From NCBI RefSeq assembly GCF_964213995.1, contig NC_135807.1, positions 47,554,001 through 47,618,000 on the forward strand: a stretch of DNA of 64,000 nucleotides, written 5' to 3'. Positions 22,831 through 36,000 of this stretch are shown here, one piece after another. This DNA comes from Mustelus asterias. Its lineage: Eukaryota. Positions within the stretch are counted from its first letter, which is position 1, and every line of letters begins with the position of its first letter. Below the pieces are notes generated by a model. The model was not told where the DNA came from and did not search any database. It saw only the letters and a program-made list of their open reading frames with translations. Made by a program: the position numbers and the translations under genes.

Positions 22831-25129
22831 ACACACTCTTCATAGAGGATCATTCTTCAATTTTCTGAATAAAGTCATTTGTAGCATAATGTGAATTTTC
22901 ATTTGGAGGCAGGCCAAAGTTGCGAGAAAGAATGTTGTCACCTTCAATCAAAGTTTATTATGTTAGATCGCTAGACTACCAACATTTTATTCCTTCTACA
23001 GGCATTATAATGGAGAAGAATATTGATAGAATTCTAAATATAAAAGGTCATTTTATTTCTCTACACATTTGCATTACAATATGGAATCTGACATTGCACC
23101 TCTACAGAAGGACATCATGCCACATAGAAAAGATGGAGCTGAAGAGATACAACGTATATTAAGTTGAGTGAAATCTGGGTTTCTAGCAATGAAAATGAAA
23201 AACACCCTATCTCCACTGTTCAGGCTGATCATTTCTTAAAGGGACTTGAACATTCTAATTAGTCACTTGAATCACACCAAGTTCAAATTTATTAATTTTT
23301 CCACCTGCTTTGTCATCTTGTCTCTTGCAGATTGGTAATTTTTAATAGGATATTCTACTTACTTTTTTTTAGTGTGTGCAGTAATTGCTTCTATAGTGGC
23401 TAAATGGAGCTCTCTGTTCACACCGCTGCCTTTTGTCAGGGGGTGGTCTCGATTGATGTGAGTCATTGGCTGGGGTGTACCACAGCTGCAGTCCAGGTTC
23501 CCTGCAAGGCTCCACTTGTGTCAATTTGTTACACAAAGACCTTGGCCAATGCAGAAATGGTTGAGGACAGCCCAATGTTGGCGTGGCAGGTTGAAGTTGG
23601 GTGGATGGACTATAGGATCTGTGATAAGGAAGTGGTTTTTAATGGTGACATGTTGATTCCATTCTTGCTGCCATAGGGCCTCTGCTCTTATTTCTTGGCA
23701 AGGTGATCTTAATCACACAGGTTGGTGTGGTAGCAGGTGAGCAACAGGTGGATTGGCATGTTCCTTGTTTAGCAGCAGGGTTGATGTAAACTTCTCCAGG
23801 AGCTTTCCTGTTGCAATCTCTCGCTTTATGTGAAGGGGCAGAAGGACTGGGAGCCAGGGTTCTTGAGTTGATCAGAGGGTACGTAAGGGTACGCATTGTT
23901 GTGTTGAGCTGGGTATCTTCAAGAATTCTACTTCCTTGACCTTGCGTAACATCACAGCTAAAGCTAATAGTGCATTGACACCAGATCAATCAAGATGCAT
24001 TTTCAATGTCAATCATAAATTCCATCCCCTTGGTACAGATGTGCTTCCTTTACCTGGCCTAAATAAAGCCATGTGAACTCCAACGCTACTTTTCCCCTTC
24101 TGAGCTTCAAACCCCACTTCCTCTCAGTTTACTGATTATCACCTCCGTGCCTTTACCTACGGTATTTCCATAAACAAAATTGATTACCTCAATCTTCTCA
24201 TCCTAAGTTCCCATCATTCAAGCAGCACATCTGCCAAAAGTCTTTTATGTCATGTATGCTGTACGTCACAAACATCCATCGCGGTTATCCTTACTTACCC
24301 ACACTAGAGGCCATATTTTTGTGGTTGAGATGGGTATCTGGAGTTGGGAACTTTCTCAACCCCGCAATCCTGTCTCTATTCTGGAGGGGTCTATCAGCCC
24401 TATTTTTATGTCAGGGAGATGGGCATTGGGAACATGAGGATGGTGAAGTTGGATAGGTTAGAAGTCTTTATTGGAACATCATCTTAATTCTATTCATGGC
24501 TGTTAAGTCCTCTAGCCCTCACTGCCCACCCAACTCCCATTCTCAATTCCATGCCTTCATGATCCTTTATGTCCCCCATGCCCCTACATACCCCTTCATA
24601 TCTCCCATGCCCCCTTCATGTCCACCCAAACTTCCTCCATACCCACTCAACCAGTATCCACCAGCTACAGAACTCATGAGTCATATAAGACTGGCAAGCC
24701 TTTAAAATTTTCATGAAATTAAAAAGAAGATCAGTTATTTCATCGTAAAGAATTGCCTTTACAATCTCATAAAACTGTCATCAAACACAACCAGGCTAAG
24801 TCCCATTAAATAAGCCTGTAATCATATTCAAATAAACACATAGGCATTGAAAAATGACTACAAAGGAAGATCAAAAATAGCAGTCCTCTTTGCAAATGTG
24901 TAAACAGCCCCCCACAAAGCATTTGTCATTCGTCCAGTTCAGTCAAACATTCATAATGAGGCCCTCTGGCAAAATAGATTCTGGCCACCTGCTCAGCCTG
25001 CTTCCTCTAATCTCTTACAAGAACAAGCATTTGTATTCATCATCTAACTTCAAAGACTTTATGAGCACTTTAAGCTGTCAGTCAAACTGTGAACTTATTA
25101 CTACAGTAGATGGCATAGTTCAGAGGTTA

Positions 25130-25530
25130 AAAAAAGACTTGCATTTAGATAGTGCTTTTAATAACCTTAAGACATCAGAAAGTATTTTATAGGCAATTAA
25201 ATAATTATCGTTGAAACGTAGGCAACTGGCAGCTCACTAGCACACAGTTAGATCCAACAAATAAAATGTCATTATGACCATACATTCAGTTTTGGAAATG
25301 TTGGCTGAAGGTTAAATATTGATCAAAGCACAGAGAGCACTCCATTGGTCTTTTTCAAAATATTGCCATTTCCATGCACCTGAGAGGGTAGACAGGGCCT
25401 AAATTTAATGTCTCTTTTAAAAGATAGCACTTCTGACATCACTCCCTCAGGACTATTTAGTAATGTGAGCCTAGATTTTGTGCTCAGGTCCCTGGAAAAG
25501 GTCTTGAACCCATAACCTCCTGACTCTTTT
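25130..25530 (-). mobile_element. Deu-domain-like SINE
   Basis: Colinear with 15785-16222. Confidence 0.65.
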
Positions 25531-26014
25531 GTAAAGCAAGGACACCTAAGACTTTGCTCCTCAATGAAGTCCATAGAGAAGTGTTCCTTGAAAACCCTAT
25601 ACAGGTAAGGTCTCGTGCACGATTCTCTCCTCATTACTCATGATACAGCTGCTCATGCGCTCTTCTGTCTTCTTGACAGTCCCCTCTTATCCATATTAGC
25701 CATACCAGGTCAACTGTGACTGCAGCAAAATTGCTTCGAAAGCAGCTAAAAGTAATGCAGACAAGCACAAACCCGGTTCTCAGAAGTCAGAAATATGTTA
25801 TAGAAGTGAGAGGATGTCCAAAAGTTAATTAGTAGCCCAAAAGGACAATCTAGCCATCAATGTGTGTGTAATAGATGAGATTTATATTATATATTTGATG
25901 GAACCTTGATTGCCTATTAGTGCCATGTGTTTCTGAACAAGTTTCTCATATGGAAGTTCAGGAGCTGAGGCAGCCCAGTTTCATTAAAGGCTCCAAAAGT
26001 AAATCTAGAACACA

Positions 26015-26990
26015 CTCCTGCTACTGTGAATTGGTGATGGAGGGAGTGAATGTTTGTGGATGGGGTGCCAATCAAGTGGGCTGTTTTTGCCTTGGATGGT
26101 TACATGCTTCTTGAGTGTTGTTGGAGCAACACTCATCCAGGCAAGTGGAGAGTATTCCATCCCACTCCTGACTTGTGCTTTGTAGATGGTGGGCAGACTT
26201 TGGGGAGTCAGGAGGTGAGTTACTCCCTGTAGGATTCCTAGCCTCTGACCTGCTCTTGTAACCACCGCATTTATATGGCTAGTCTAGTTCTGTTTCTGGT
26301 TAATAGTTATCCTGCGAATGTTGAGAGTGGGAGATTCAGTGATGGCAATCAGAATCCAAACTTGAGTGTCAGTGTGTAGATTATTGCTAAGCAATGTCAC
26401 TTGGTAGCACTTTTGATGAACCCTTTCTTCACTTTACAGATGATTGAGAGTAGACTGATTGGCGGGTATAGTTCAGGTTGGATTTATCCTGTTTTTTTGT
26501 GCACAGGTCATTCCTTTGCAATTTTTCATACTGCTTGGTTGCCAGTATTGTAGCTATATTGGAAGAACTTGGCTAAGGGCACGGTAAGTTCTGGAACACA
26601 AGTCTTTAGTAATATTGCTGGAAAATCGTCAAGGCCCATAGCCTTTGCGGTATCGAGTGCCTTCTGCTGTTTCATGATATCATGTAAAGTGAATTGAATT
26701 GGCTGAAGACCGGCATCTGTGATGCCTGGGGCCTCCGAAGAAGACCAAGGTGGATCATCCACTCAGCACTTTTGGCTGAAGCTTGTTGCAAATGCTTCAG
26801 CATTAGCTTTTGCACTGATGTGCTGGGCTCCTCCATCATGAAGGATGTGGATATTTGTCAAGCCCCTCCTTCCAGTCAGCTGTTTAATATTCCACCACAT
26901 TTCAGGACTGCAGAGCTTAGATCTGCTCTGTTGTTTGTGGAATCGCTTAACTCTGCCTATTGCATGAAGCTTATGCTGTTTGGCAAACAA
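26015..26990 (-). mobile_element. CR1-clade LINE ORF2 (second family), internally deleted
   Basis: KAEAFAT.FSQKC; LDTAKAMGLDDFPAILLKTCVPEL..PLAK.FQYSYNTG; AGQRLGIL...TIYKAQVRS.MEYSPLAW. Confidence 0.85.
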
Positions 26991-27009
26991 GTCATCCTGC
27001 AGGCTGGTG

Positions 27010-27575
27010 AACCCCTGTTGCCTTTGCTCTATGGCAAATATATCCTTCCCTAGGTAAGGAGACTAAAACTCCACACAATACTCCAGTGCGATCTCACCAA
27101 CACTCTATACAATTGCAGCAAGACATCTTTTCTTCTGTATTCAAATCCACTTGTAATAAACATGTGCCTTCCTAATTGCTTGCTGCATATTAGATTTTGG
27201 CAACTTGTGAACAAGGAAACTCAACACTTTCCAATCTCTCACCATTTCAGAGATACTTTGTGTTTCTGCTTTGCCATGTTCTTGCCCACTCACATATCTG
27301 CTGGAAATTTCTGGCCATTCCCGGTGGCGGAATCTTCCAGTCCTGCCCGTGGCAAACCCCGACCATGAGCTCCCCAATGGTAGGCAGGGTGCATGCAATG
27401 GGGAATCCCGTTGATAATGCTACGACCAGAAGATCCTTCCACCAACCATTGGTGGATTGCCTTCGCCACCGTGAAACATACCACAGGGCTCCACGGAAAA
27501 CCCTCCCCATGTCTAAATCTCCTTGAAACCTCTTTACATCCTCCTCACAACTCACATTCCCACCTAGTTTTGTGC
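27010..27575 (-). mobile_element. CR1 fragment interrupted by a MITE (about 27298-27510)
   Basis: CEEDVKRFQGDLD and EYRRKDVLLQLYRVLVR; TIRs GCTGGAAATTTC / GGAAAACCCTCCC. Confidence 0.7.
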
Positions 27576-28102
27576 AAACATGGGGCGCAGAAGTGGTAGG
27601 AAGCCTAAGTTGAAGGAATTGTAATTCACCAAGGAGTACACATTAATGTTTCACACAAGGTTATGTAGTTAAGTTTCCTTCTTTTTATACCACATATAAA
27701 TTTAATGATATGCACCACTGCCACACCTTTCCTAACATTTTTTCCCCCCCGAGGCTCAACTGGCCCTTTAACTTGTTGTAGAGAAAAAGGTGCTGGGATC
27801 CATTGGGTAGGTGAGCAATGGGTGAAGGAGCATTGCGTGCAAAGGGATGATGGTTATTAGGGGAGTGGTTAGGTGCAAGTTCATGCTAGTGAAAAAACGG
27901 TCTATAGGATTTCATATTTAAGTTTCACACTATGTGATGTTTCGCAATATTAGGATATTCCTGGCATCCTGAGCAGCAATGCAAGTGGCTGTTCTGATAC
28001 TGAAGGCATCATCTTCATCTCCATGCTCCTCCTACTCCTCTCCCCCTATATTCTCCTGATCTGAAGATGAGTGATGAGCCTTTGTATTGGAGAGTGTTGT
28101 CA

Positions 28103-28485
28103 TGTAGTGGCTATTTTCTTGAACTATTAATATGGAGATCTGGACTATTAATCTAGCCAAAAACCAAGTGAGTTCAAATTCCAAAGATGATAGCTTGTGA
28201 ATTTGAATTTAGTCTACATGACTCTGGAAATCAAAAGCTGGTATCTGTAAAAGTGACCAGAAGGCTGTTGGAATGTTATAGGCGAGGAAACTTGCTTTCC
28301 TTTTCCAGCACGGACTATCTGTAATTCCAGTTCCACACCACTGTCATTGACTCTTAATGCTCTCAGCAACACACTTGGCTGTGTCAAACCAGTTCAACAA
28401 GGTGGCCCATCACCACCTCATTGAAGCAGCGAGAGTTGGGCAATAAAGTCATGCTTTTGCAACAATGTACACATACTGAGAATTA
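28103..28485 (+). mobile_element. Degraded family C SINE
   Basis: Colinear with 22478-22830. Confidence 0.55.
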
Positions 28486-28939
28486 ATGACCGGAATTTTC
28501 CAGCCATTCCCACCGGTGGGATCTACCAGTCCTTACATCTCTTACACTAGGCTATTTGTTGGACATTTGTTAATTGCAGCAATTTAAATAGCTATAGCTA
28601 TGGGTGAAAGGCCAACTTTGACACAGTGGGTGCTGTACTTATCTAACTGAACAGAAAATCATTTGTTATGTCTGTGGTATATAGGCTACAAAACAAATCA
28701 AAACAAATGTGCTGAGGTTACTTATGTTTAATTAAACAGTAAACATTAATTTACCATGTCCAAAAATAATTTGTGGATTTAACAGCTAAATTTTGCTAGC
28801 AACTCAGCCTAATCACCTTTAATAGGTTTAAAAAGTTAAACTCTGAATCTAATTCAAAATGTGTACACTTCATGGCCATTCATCTGAACCTCAATGATAA
28901 GAAATACAAGATGCACAGGATGTTGGATTGTCAATGGTG

Positions 28940-29057
28940 AACACCTGCCGTGGGTTTGCATAAAACAGGGAACCCCGTTGAGAGCGGCAGGGCAGGAAGA
29001 TCCTGTCACCAGCCAATGATGCACTGCTTCCACGGGAGGCACGGAAAATCCCGCCCC
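28940..29057. mobile_element. Partial MITE
   Basis: Ends GGAAAATCCCGCCC; interior similar to 27298-27510. Confidence 0.55.
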
Positions 29058-30657
29058 TAGTTTACAAACTGTCAGCAATCCAAGAGATTTCTCACCCGTT
29101 TTGCAAAATCTAGCCATCAAGTCTCCACACGGGTCTGCTCTTTGGGTGAAATTTCTTTAGATTCTGCCCCACCGTGAGGCCTCACATAAACTACTTTGCT
29201 TTTCGCTAAATTATGAGTGCATTGTATTTTAAAAGTTATTAGCTCTAGGCACTAACCACAACCTAAATGTTTGCACTGCAACTTGCTAATTATTTTAATT
29301 GAATATATACTTCCTCTGTGCTGACTTGAGCAAATGCGATTTATGTTTCTGTCAGTGCTCATGTTAAAGCGTGACATAAAAGAGTAGCTGGCTCATGTTC
29401 TCCATACCGACACTCAATCTCTAATATTGTCCTTCGGAACGCTGTTTGATGATTCAAAATCTCAGGAAGGGTTTAAGACAAAGCACCAGGAGATGTGTTA
29501 ACAATCAAGATTTCTGTCTTCTGGCTGGGAATCATTTCTTCCTTTTGCTCATCTGCAGATTATTTTGGATCCAGTCCAGTTTTATTGTGCAGAAAGCGCA
29601 TAACTTAGAAGTTATTCATTAGAAATATAATTGTATGTTATTGATCAGGGATTACTTATGAGAAAAATGTAATCATTTATCATAGCTTTGGCTGAAAATG
29701 ACTGTACCGTATTAAATTATTGCATATTAATATTGCACAACACAATAAATATACTGTGGTAGATAATGGGTTGTGCAAGATTAAATTGAAAATCATAGAT
29801 TATATGTATTTCAGGAAATATATCTGGAACTCTAGGCATATTGATACGATTTAGAATAATGTCAATAATATACAAATGATTGTAAACAGTTAAAACTGTT
29901 AAGTTAGCTTTAAAAAATCATATTAAACTATTATTGTCAATAAAACAATTCACATCGGACTACTATACAGTATTAAAATACTAATGTGTGTCCAGTGGCA
30001 TTGTGCACTGATATTCCCAAATCTGATATGCTGCCTCGGATTTATATCACAATCGTGCTCTGAGATCCAAAATTCCTGTTCCCAGGCTGAAGTACAAAGT
30101 TGGCTTTATCCTTAATCAGATCCCAAAAATGATCTGCTGCAATGGTTCCTGAATTCTAAACAAAAAAGAAAAAAAGAAATAATTAACCAATAGTGAACAC
30201 AAAATGTCAGGTGTTCAAATAAGAGATGGCCGAATGTTCACAGAATGCATAACAGCCACAGACTGATCGTACTCTATCCAGTGCTAATGCTAAGCAGTGC
30301 GAGATGAGTCCCTGGAGGGGTCTCACACTGTTTGACTTGAGCACACTCTGGGGATCGAATTGTCCTTTTGTTATCTGCTCTGAGCACAACCAAATCAAAT
30401 ATAGCATGGGTTATTTACAAATTAAAACTTCCCCAACTTCTGTGCCAAGCCTTAAGCTTCACCTTTTTAAAACAAACTGACGGCACGTGTCATGGACGAG
30501 ACATGAAAGATAAAAATATATATATTTATCCGCTGGGCTTTTCTATAAAGTCGTTTTCTTTCTGTGCTGTTAAAAAAGGAAAATTGTTGAACTAACAAAT
30601 GTTTCAGCTAGTCAGCAGCAGTTTTAAGGTAACAATGGCCACAGGGATGGAGAGGCT

Positions 30658-30999
30658 GATCACAGAAACCCCACAGTGCAGAAAGAGGCCATTCGGCCCA
30701 TCGAGTCTGCACCAACCACAATCCCACCCAGGCCCTACCCTCATATCCCTACACATTTACCCGCTAATCCCTTTAACCTACGCATCTCAGGACACTAAGG
30801 GGCAATTTTAGCATAGCCAATCAACCTAACCCGCACATCTTTGGACTGTGGGAGGAAACCAGAGCACCCGGAGGAAACCCACGCAGACACGAGGAGAATG
30901 TGCAAACTCCGCACAGACAGTGACCCAAGCCGGGAATCGAACCCAGGTCCCTGGAGCTGTGAAGCAGCAGTGCTAACCACTGTGCTACCGTGCCACCCC
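30658..30999 (-). mobile_element. HE1/V-SINE-type SINE, CR1-type tail
   Basis: Full-length young copy. Confidence 0.92.
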
Positions 31000-31786
31000 A
31001 GCTACCTCCAAACAAAGGAAAACCTTTGCAGATCGTAATCTCCCATAATGGTGCTAATAACTGAAGCATTAGCAGTCCGAAAATAATGGTTTTGACAAAG
31101 AGAGCCTCAGTTAGTTAACCCAATATCAGTGCCTCCAAAAACAAAAAAGAATCCTGACATCCATTAAACCTCAAGATTCCAGTCATCCTGTGTCCAACAT
31201 TGAGAAGGTATGTCACATAACCTCCCCCAAGCTGCATTGCAATGTCATCTGTTGGAACCGAATTCTAGTTAGTTAGTCTTAACTCTGAATGTGAACAGAA
31301 TTCTAGGCAACAGCTTGCGCTCTCTACCATCAAGCTGGTGGCAGCAGAAAGAACTCAGATCTTCACCAAACCTGCCAACTGCTGGCACCTAGGAGGTTGT
31401 GCCTCCTGATTGACTCATTCTACATGCCTTCTCCTGTTGTGCACGCCTAGCTCTGGGAAAGGTTACAATCAGCCACCCTCTCCTCACAAGGAACACTCCA
31501 GTTAACTTCTGATTCCGGACTCTGGACACATGTAAAACCGATACTTGTATTTTTATTCTGGTCATGCCCCAAACACTCTTCCTTTTTCCTTATGCCCCAT
31601 TTATTGTATTAAAAAGAGGCGGACGTTGCAAAGCCCCTCTCTCTCTCTCTCTGATGTGTGTGGGTGTAAAAAAAAACAATCCTTTTACTTTCAACTTACC
31701 TCAATTTGCAAGTACGTTATTAGCAGAGGATTGGACCATTTCCAAATTTAAGGGTTGGGGAAATCAGAATTTTAAAAAATCACGAT

Positions 31787-31995
31787 AGGCGAGATTCTCC
31801 AGCCTCCCAGTCGAGAGTTTCCCACCAGCGGGAATTAGCGTGTTGTTTGCGAATGACGGGATTCTGTGGTCCCGCTGCTGTCAATGGGAATCCCCATTGA
31901 AGTCAATCCACACTGGCAGCAAATCTGCGGGCAGGGGTGCGCTGCCGGCAGGACTGAAGGATCCTGTTGGCATGAACAGCTGGAGAATTCCAGCC
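31787..31995. mobile_element. MITE, PIF/Harbinger-type
   Basis: TIRs GGCGAGATTCTCCAGC / GCTGGAGAATTCCAGCC. Confidence 0.7.
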
Positions 31996-32155
31996 CTTTT
32001 CTGGTTACAGGTGAGTAGAGAGGGTGGGAAATCAGGACAGCTTCAATTGACTCCCCACTTCCCCGTCCTTGTCACAAAGTAGAAAGTTTACCAACTGCCG
32101 CTTAAACCACCTTTGCAGCCCAATTGATTAAAATAGTTGGATGTTAATTAATTCA

Positions 32156-32453
32156 GGTGGCACAGTGGTTAGCACTGCTGCCTCACAGTGCCAGGGACCC
32201 AGGATCAGTTCCTCACTCGGGTCACTGTCTGTGCGGAGTCTGCACGTTCTCCCCGTGTCTGCATGGGTTTCTTCCAGGTGCTCCGGTTTCCGCCCACAGT
32301 CTGAAAGGCGTGCTGGTTAGGTGCATTGGCCATGCTAAATTCTCCCTCAGTGTACCCCAACAGGCGCTAGAGTGTGGCGACTCGGGGATTTTCACAGTAA
32401 CTTCATGGCAATGTTAATGTAAGCCGATTTGTGACTAATAAATAAACTTTAAA
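32156..32453 (+). mobile_element. V-SINE-type SINE with alternative tail B
   Basis: Same head and core as HE1 copies, then CTCCCTCAGTGTACCC...GGGGATTTTCACAGTAACTTCA...GTGACTAATAAATAAAC. Confidence 0.88.
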
Positions 32454-33000
32454 TTCACAATTCATAATGCTCCTGTACTGTTGGTCTGTGGACACTCCTG
32501 GATGAATCTACTCTAAATTATTTCAAGAAGCATCCGTCTGACGGGTGACAGAGACATGAGGCTTCCAACCCATCAATTAGATTATTGCTTACCCCTCGCT
32601 TCCACAGGTGAGTGGGCAATGTACTTACCTGCTGCATCACTTGGTTCTATAATGATGTGCAATCATAAATTACGCTAATTATTTCAGCTCATTTCCAAGT
32701 TTGCTCCTCTTTGCAGTATCGACAAGAGTATTGTGAAGCAGCTTTCAATGGTAAGGCGCAGGAAGGGAGGGATGAATCGGGGTGTTGCAGCAGCAGCCTG
32801 CAGAGACATGAGGCAGAATTTTACCGATCAGGTCCGACATCTGCAGTGGACGTGTGTCACCGGCACGCACACCGGGGCTGGTAGGACCTCCCCCTGAATT
32901 TTATGAGCTGCATCCAATTAAGTGGCTGCCACTCAGCCACTGGGAGCTGCTGGTCCAATCAGAGGGCCGGCAGCTTTGCAGTACCATAAGGAGCGGTAAC

Positions 33001-36000
33001 TATAGAAAGGTTACAGCACAGAAGGAGGCTATTCGGCCCATCTTGTCCGTGCCAGCCTGAGGACACCCAGGTGCCCTTTGTAACCCCACTTTCTTGCACC
33101 TGACCATTAGCCCTGTAGCTTACAGCACTTAAGGTGCAGATCCAGGTACCTTTTAAGAGAGTTTAAGGTCTCTGCCTCCACCACCAACTTGGGCAGGGAA
33201 TTCCAGACACTCACTACCCTCTGCATAAAAAAGGTTCTTCTTCATGTCCCTTCTACACCTACTGCCACTCATCTTGAATCCAAGTCCCCTGGTTTTAGAA
33301 TTCTCCACCAAGGGAAACAATTTCATCCTGTCCACTCTATCTCGTCATAGAACCATAGAACCATAGAAAATTACAGCTCAGAAACAGGCCTTTTGGCCCT
33401 TCTTGTCTGTGCCGAACCATTTTTTGCCTAGTCCCACTGACCTGCACTTGGACCATATCCTTCCACACCCCTCTCATCCATGAACCTGTCCAAGTTTTTC
33501 TTAAATGTTAAAAGTGACCCCGCATTTACCACTTTATCCGGCAGCTCATTCCACACTCCCACCACTCTCTGCGTGAAGAAGCCCCCCCTAATATTCCCTT
33601 TAAACTTTTCTCCTTTCACCCTTAACCCATGCCCTCTGGTTTTTTTCTCCCCTAGCCTCAGTGGAAAAAGCCTGCTTGCATTCACTCTATCTATACCCAT
33701 CAAAATCTTATACACCTCTATCAAATCTCCCCTCAATCTTCTACGCTCCAGGGAATAAAGTCCCAACCTATTCAATCTCTCTCTGTAACTCAGCTTCTCA
33801 AGTCCGGCAACATCCTTGTGAACCTTCTCTGCACTCTTTCAACCTTATTTACATCCTTCCTGTAACTAGGTGACCAAAACTGTACACAATACTCCAAATT
33901 CGGCCTCACCAATGCCTTATATAACCTTACCATAACACTCCAACTTTTATACTCGATACTCCGATTTATAAAGGCCAATGTACCAAAGGCACTCTTTACG
34001 ACCCTATCCACCTGTGACGTCACTTTTAGGGAATTCTCTACCTGTATTCCCAGATCCCTCTGTTCAACTGCACTCTTCAGAGTCCTACCATTTACCCTGT
34101 ACGTTCTACTTTGGTTTGTCCTTCCAATGTGCAATATCTCACACTTGTCTGCGTTAAATTCCATTTGCCATTTTTCAGCCCATTTTTCTAGTTGGTCCAA
34201 ATCCCTCTGCAAGCTTTGAAAACCTTCCTCACTGTCCACTACACCTCCAATCTTTGTATCATCAGCAAAATTGCTGATCCAATTTATCACATTATCATCC
34301 AGATCATTGATATAGATGACAAACAACAATGGACCCAACACCGATCCCTGCGGCACACCACTAGTCACAGGCCTCCACTCAGAGAAGCAATCCTCCACAA
34401 CCACTCTCTGGCTTCTTCCATTGAGCCAGTGTCTAATCCAATTTACTACCTCCCCATGTATAACTAGCGACTGAACCTTCCTAACTAACCTCCCATGAGG
34501 GACCTTGTCAAAGGCCTTGCTGAAATCCAGGTAGACAACATCCACCGCCTTCCCTTCATCCACTTTCCTGGTAACCTCCTCGAAAAACTCTAATAGATTG
34601 GTCAAACATGACCTACCTCGCACAAAGCCATGTTGACTCTCCCTAATAAGTCCCTGTCTATCCAAATATTTGTAGATCCTATCCCTTATCACACCTTCCA
34701 ATAACTTGCCCACCACCGACGTCAAACTTACTGGCCTATAATTTCCCAGATTCCTTTTGGAACCTTTTTTAAACAATGGAACAACATGAGCCACCCTCCA
34801 ATCATCTGGCACCTCCCCTGTGAATACTGACATATATGTCTGCCAGAGCCCCTGCAAGTTCAACACTAGCTTCCCTCAAGGTCCGTGGGAATACCCTGTC
34901 CGGTCCTGGGCATTTATCCACTCTGATTTGCCTCAAGACAGCGAGCACCTCCTCCCCTTTAATCTGTAAAGGTTCCATGACCTCCCTACCTGTTTGCCCT
35001 ATTTCTGTAGACTCCATGCCCATTTCCTCAGTAAATACTGATGCAAAAAAACCATTTAGTATCTCCCCCATCTCTTTTGGTTCCATACACAGTCTACCGC
35101 TCTGGTCTTCAAGAGGACCAATTTTATCCCTCACTATCCTTTTACTCCTAACATACCTATAGAAGCTCTTTGGATTTTCCTTCACTCTGTCTGTCAAAGC
35201 AACCTCATGTTTTCTTTTAGCCCTCCTGATTTCCCTCTTAAGTAGCCTCTTGCACTTTTTATACTCCTCGAGCATCTGATCTGTTCCTTGCTGCCTGTAC
35301 ATTTCATACAACTCTCTCTTCCTCTTAATCAGTGTTACAATCTCCCTCGAGAACCAAGGTTCCTTATTCCTATTTATTTTGCCTTTAATCCTGACAGGAT
35401 GATTGGAGGGTGGCTCATGTTGTTCCGTTGTTTAAAAAAGGTTCCAAAAGAAATCCGGGAAATTATAGGCCAGTAAGTTTGACGTTGGTGGTGGGCAAGT
35501 TATTGGAAGGTGTGATAAGGGATAGGATCTACAAATATTTGGATAGACAGGGACTTATTAGGGAGAGTCAACATGGCTTTGTGCGTGGTAGGTCATGTTT
35601 GACCAATCTATTAGAGTTGATCGAGGAGGTTACCAGGAAAGTGGATGAAAGGAAGGAGGTGGATGTTGTCTACCTGGATTTAAGCCCATATTTCTAGTTG
35701 GTCCAAATCCCTCTGCAAGCTTTGAAAATCTTCCTCACTGTCCACTACACCTCCAATCTTTGTATCATCAGCAAACTTGCTGATCCAATTTACCACATTA
35801 TCATCCAGGAACAGGAACATACAAAATTTCTCCTTTGAAAGCCTCCCACTTTCCATTTACATCCTTACCAGAGAACAGCCTGTGCCAATCCACACTTCCC
35901 AGATCCCTTCTCATTTCATCAAAATTGGCCTTTTTCCAGTTCAGAACTTCAACCCGAGGACCAGATCTATCCTTATCCATGATCAGGTTGAAACTAATGG

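Noticed and set aside
23390-24900. Possible further Harbinger-derived remnant (also about 27720-28100 and 62080-63250)
   Set aside because: Only compositional resemblance; no motif clear enough to assign by eye
33790-34866. Intact reverse transcriptase gene or active LINE
   Set aside because: ORF2 is broken by frameshifts, a deletion near 34830 and an internal insertion; no ORF1 or 5' UTR. The same holds for 52162-53176 and 58552-59490
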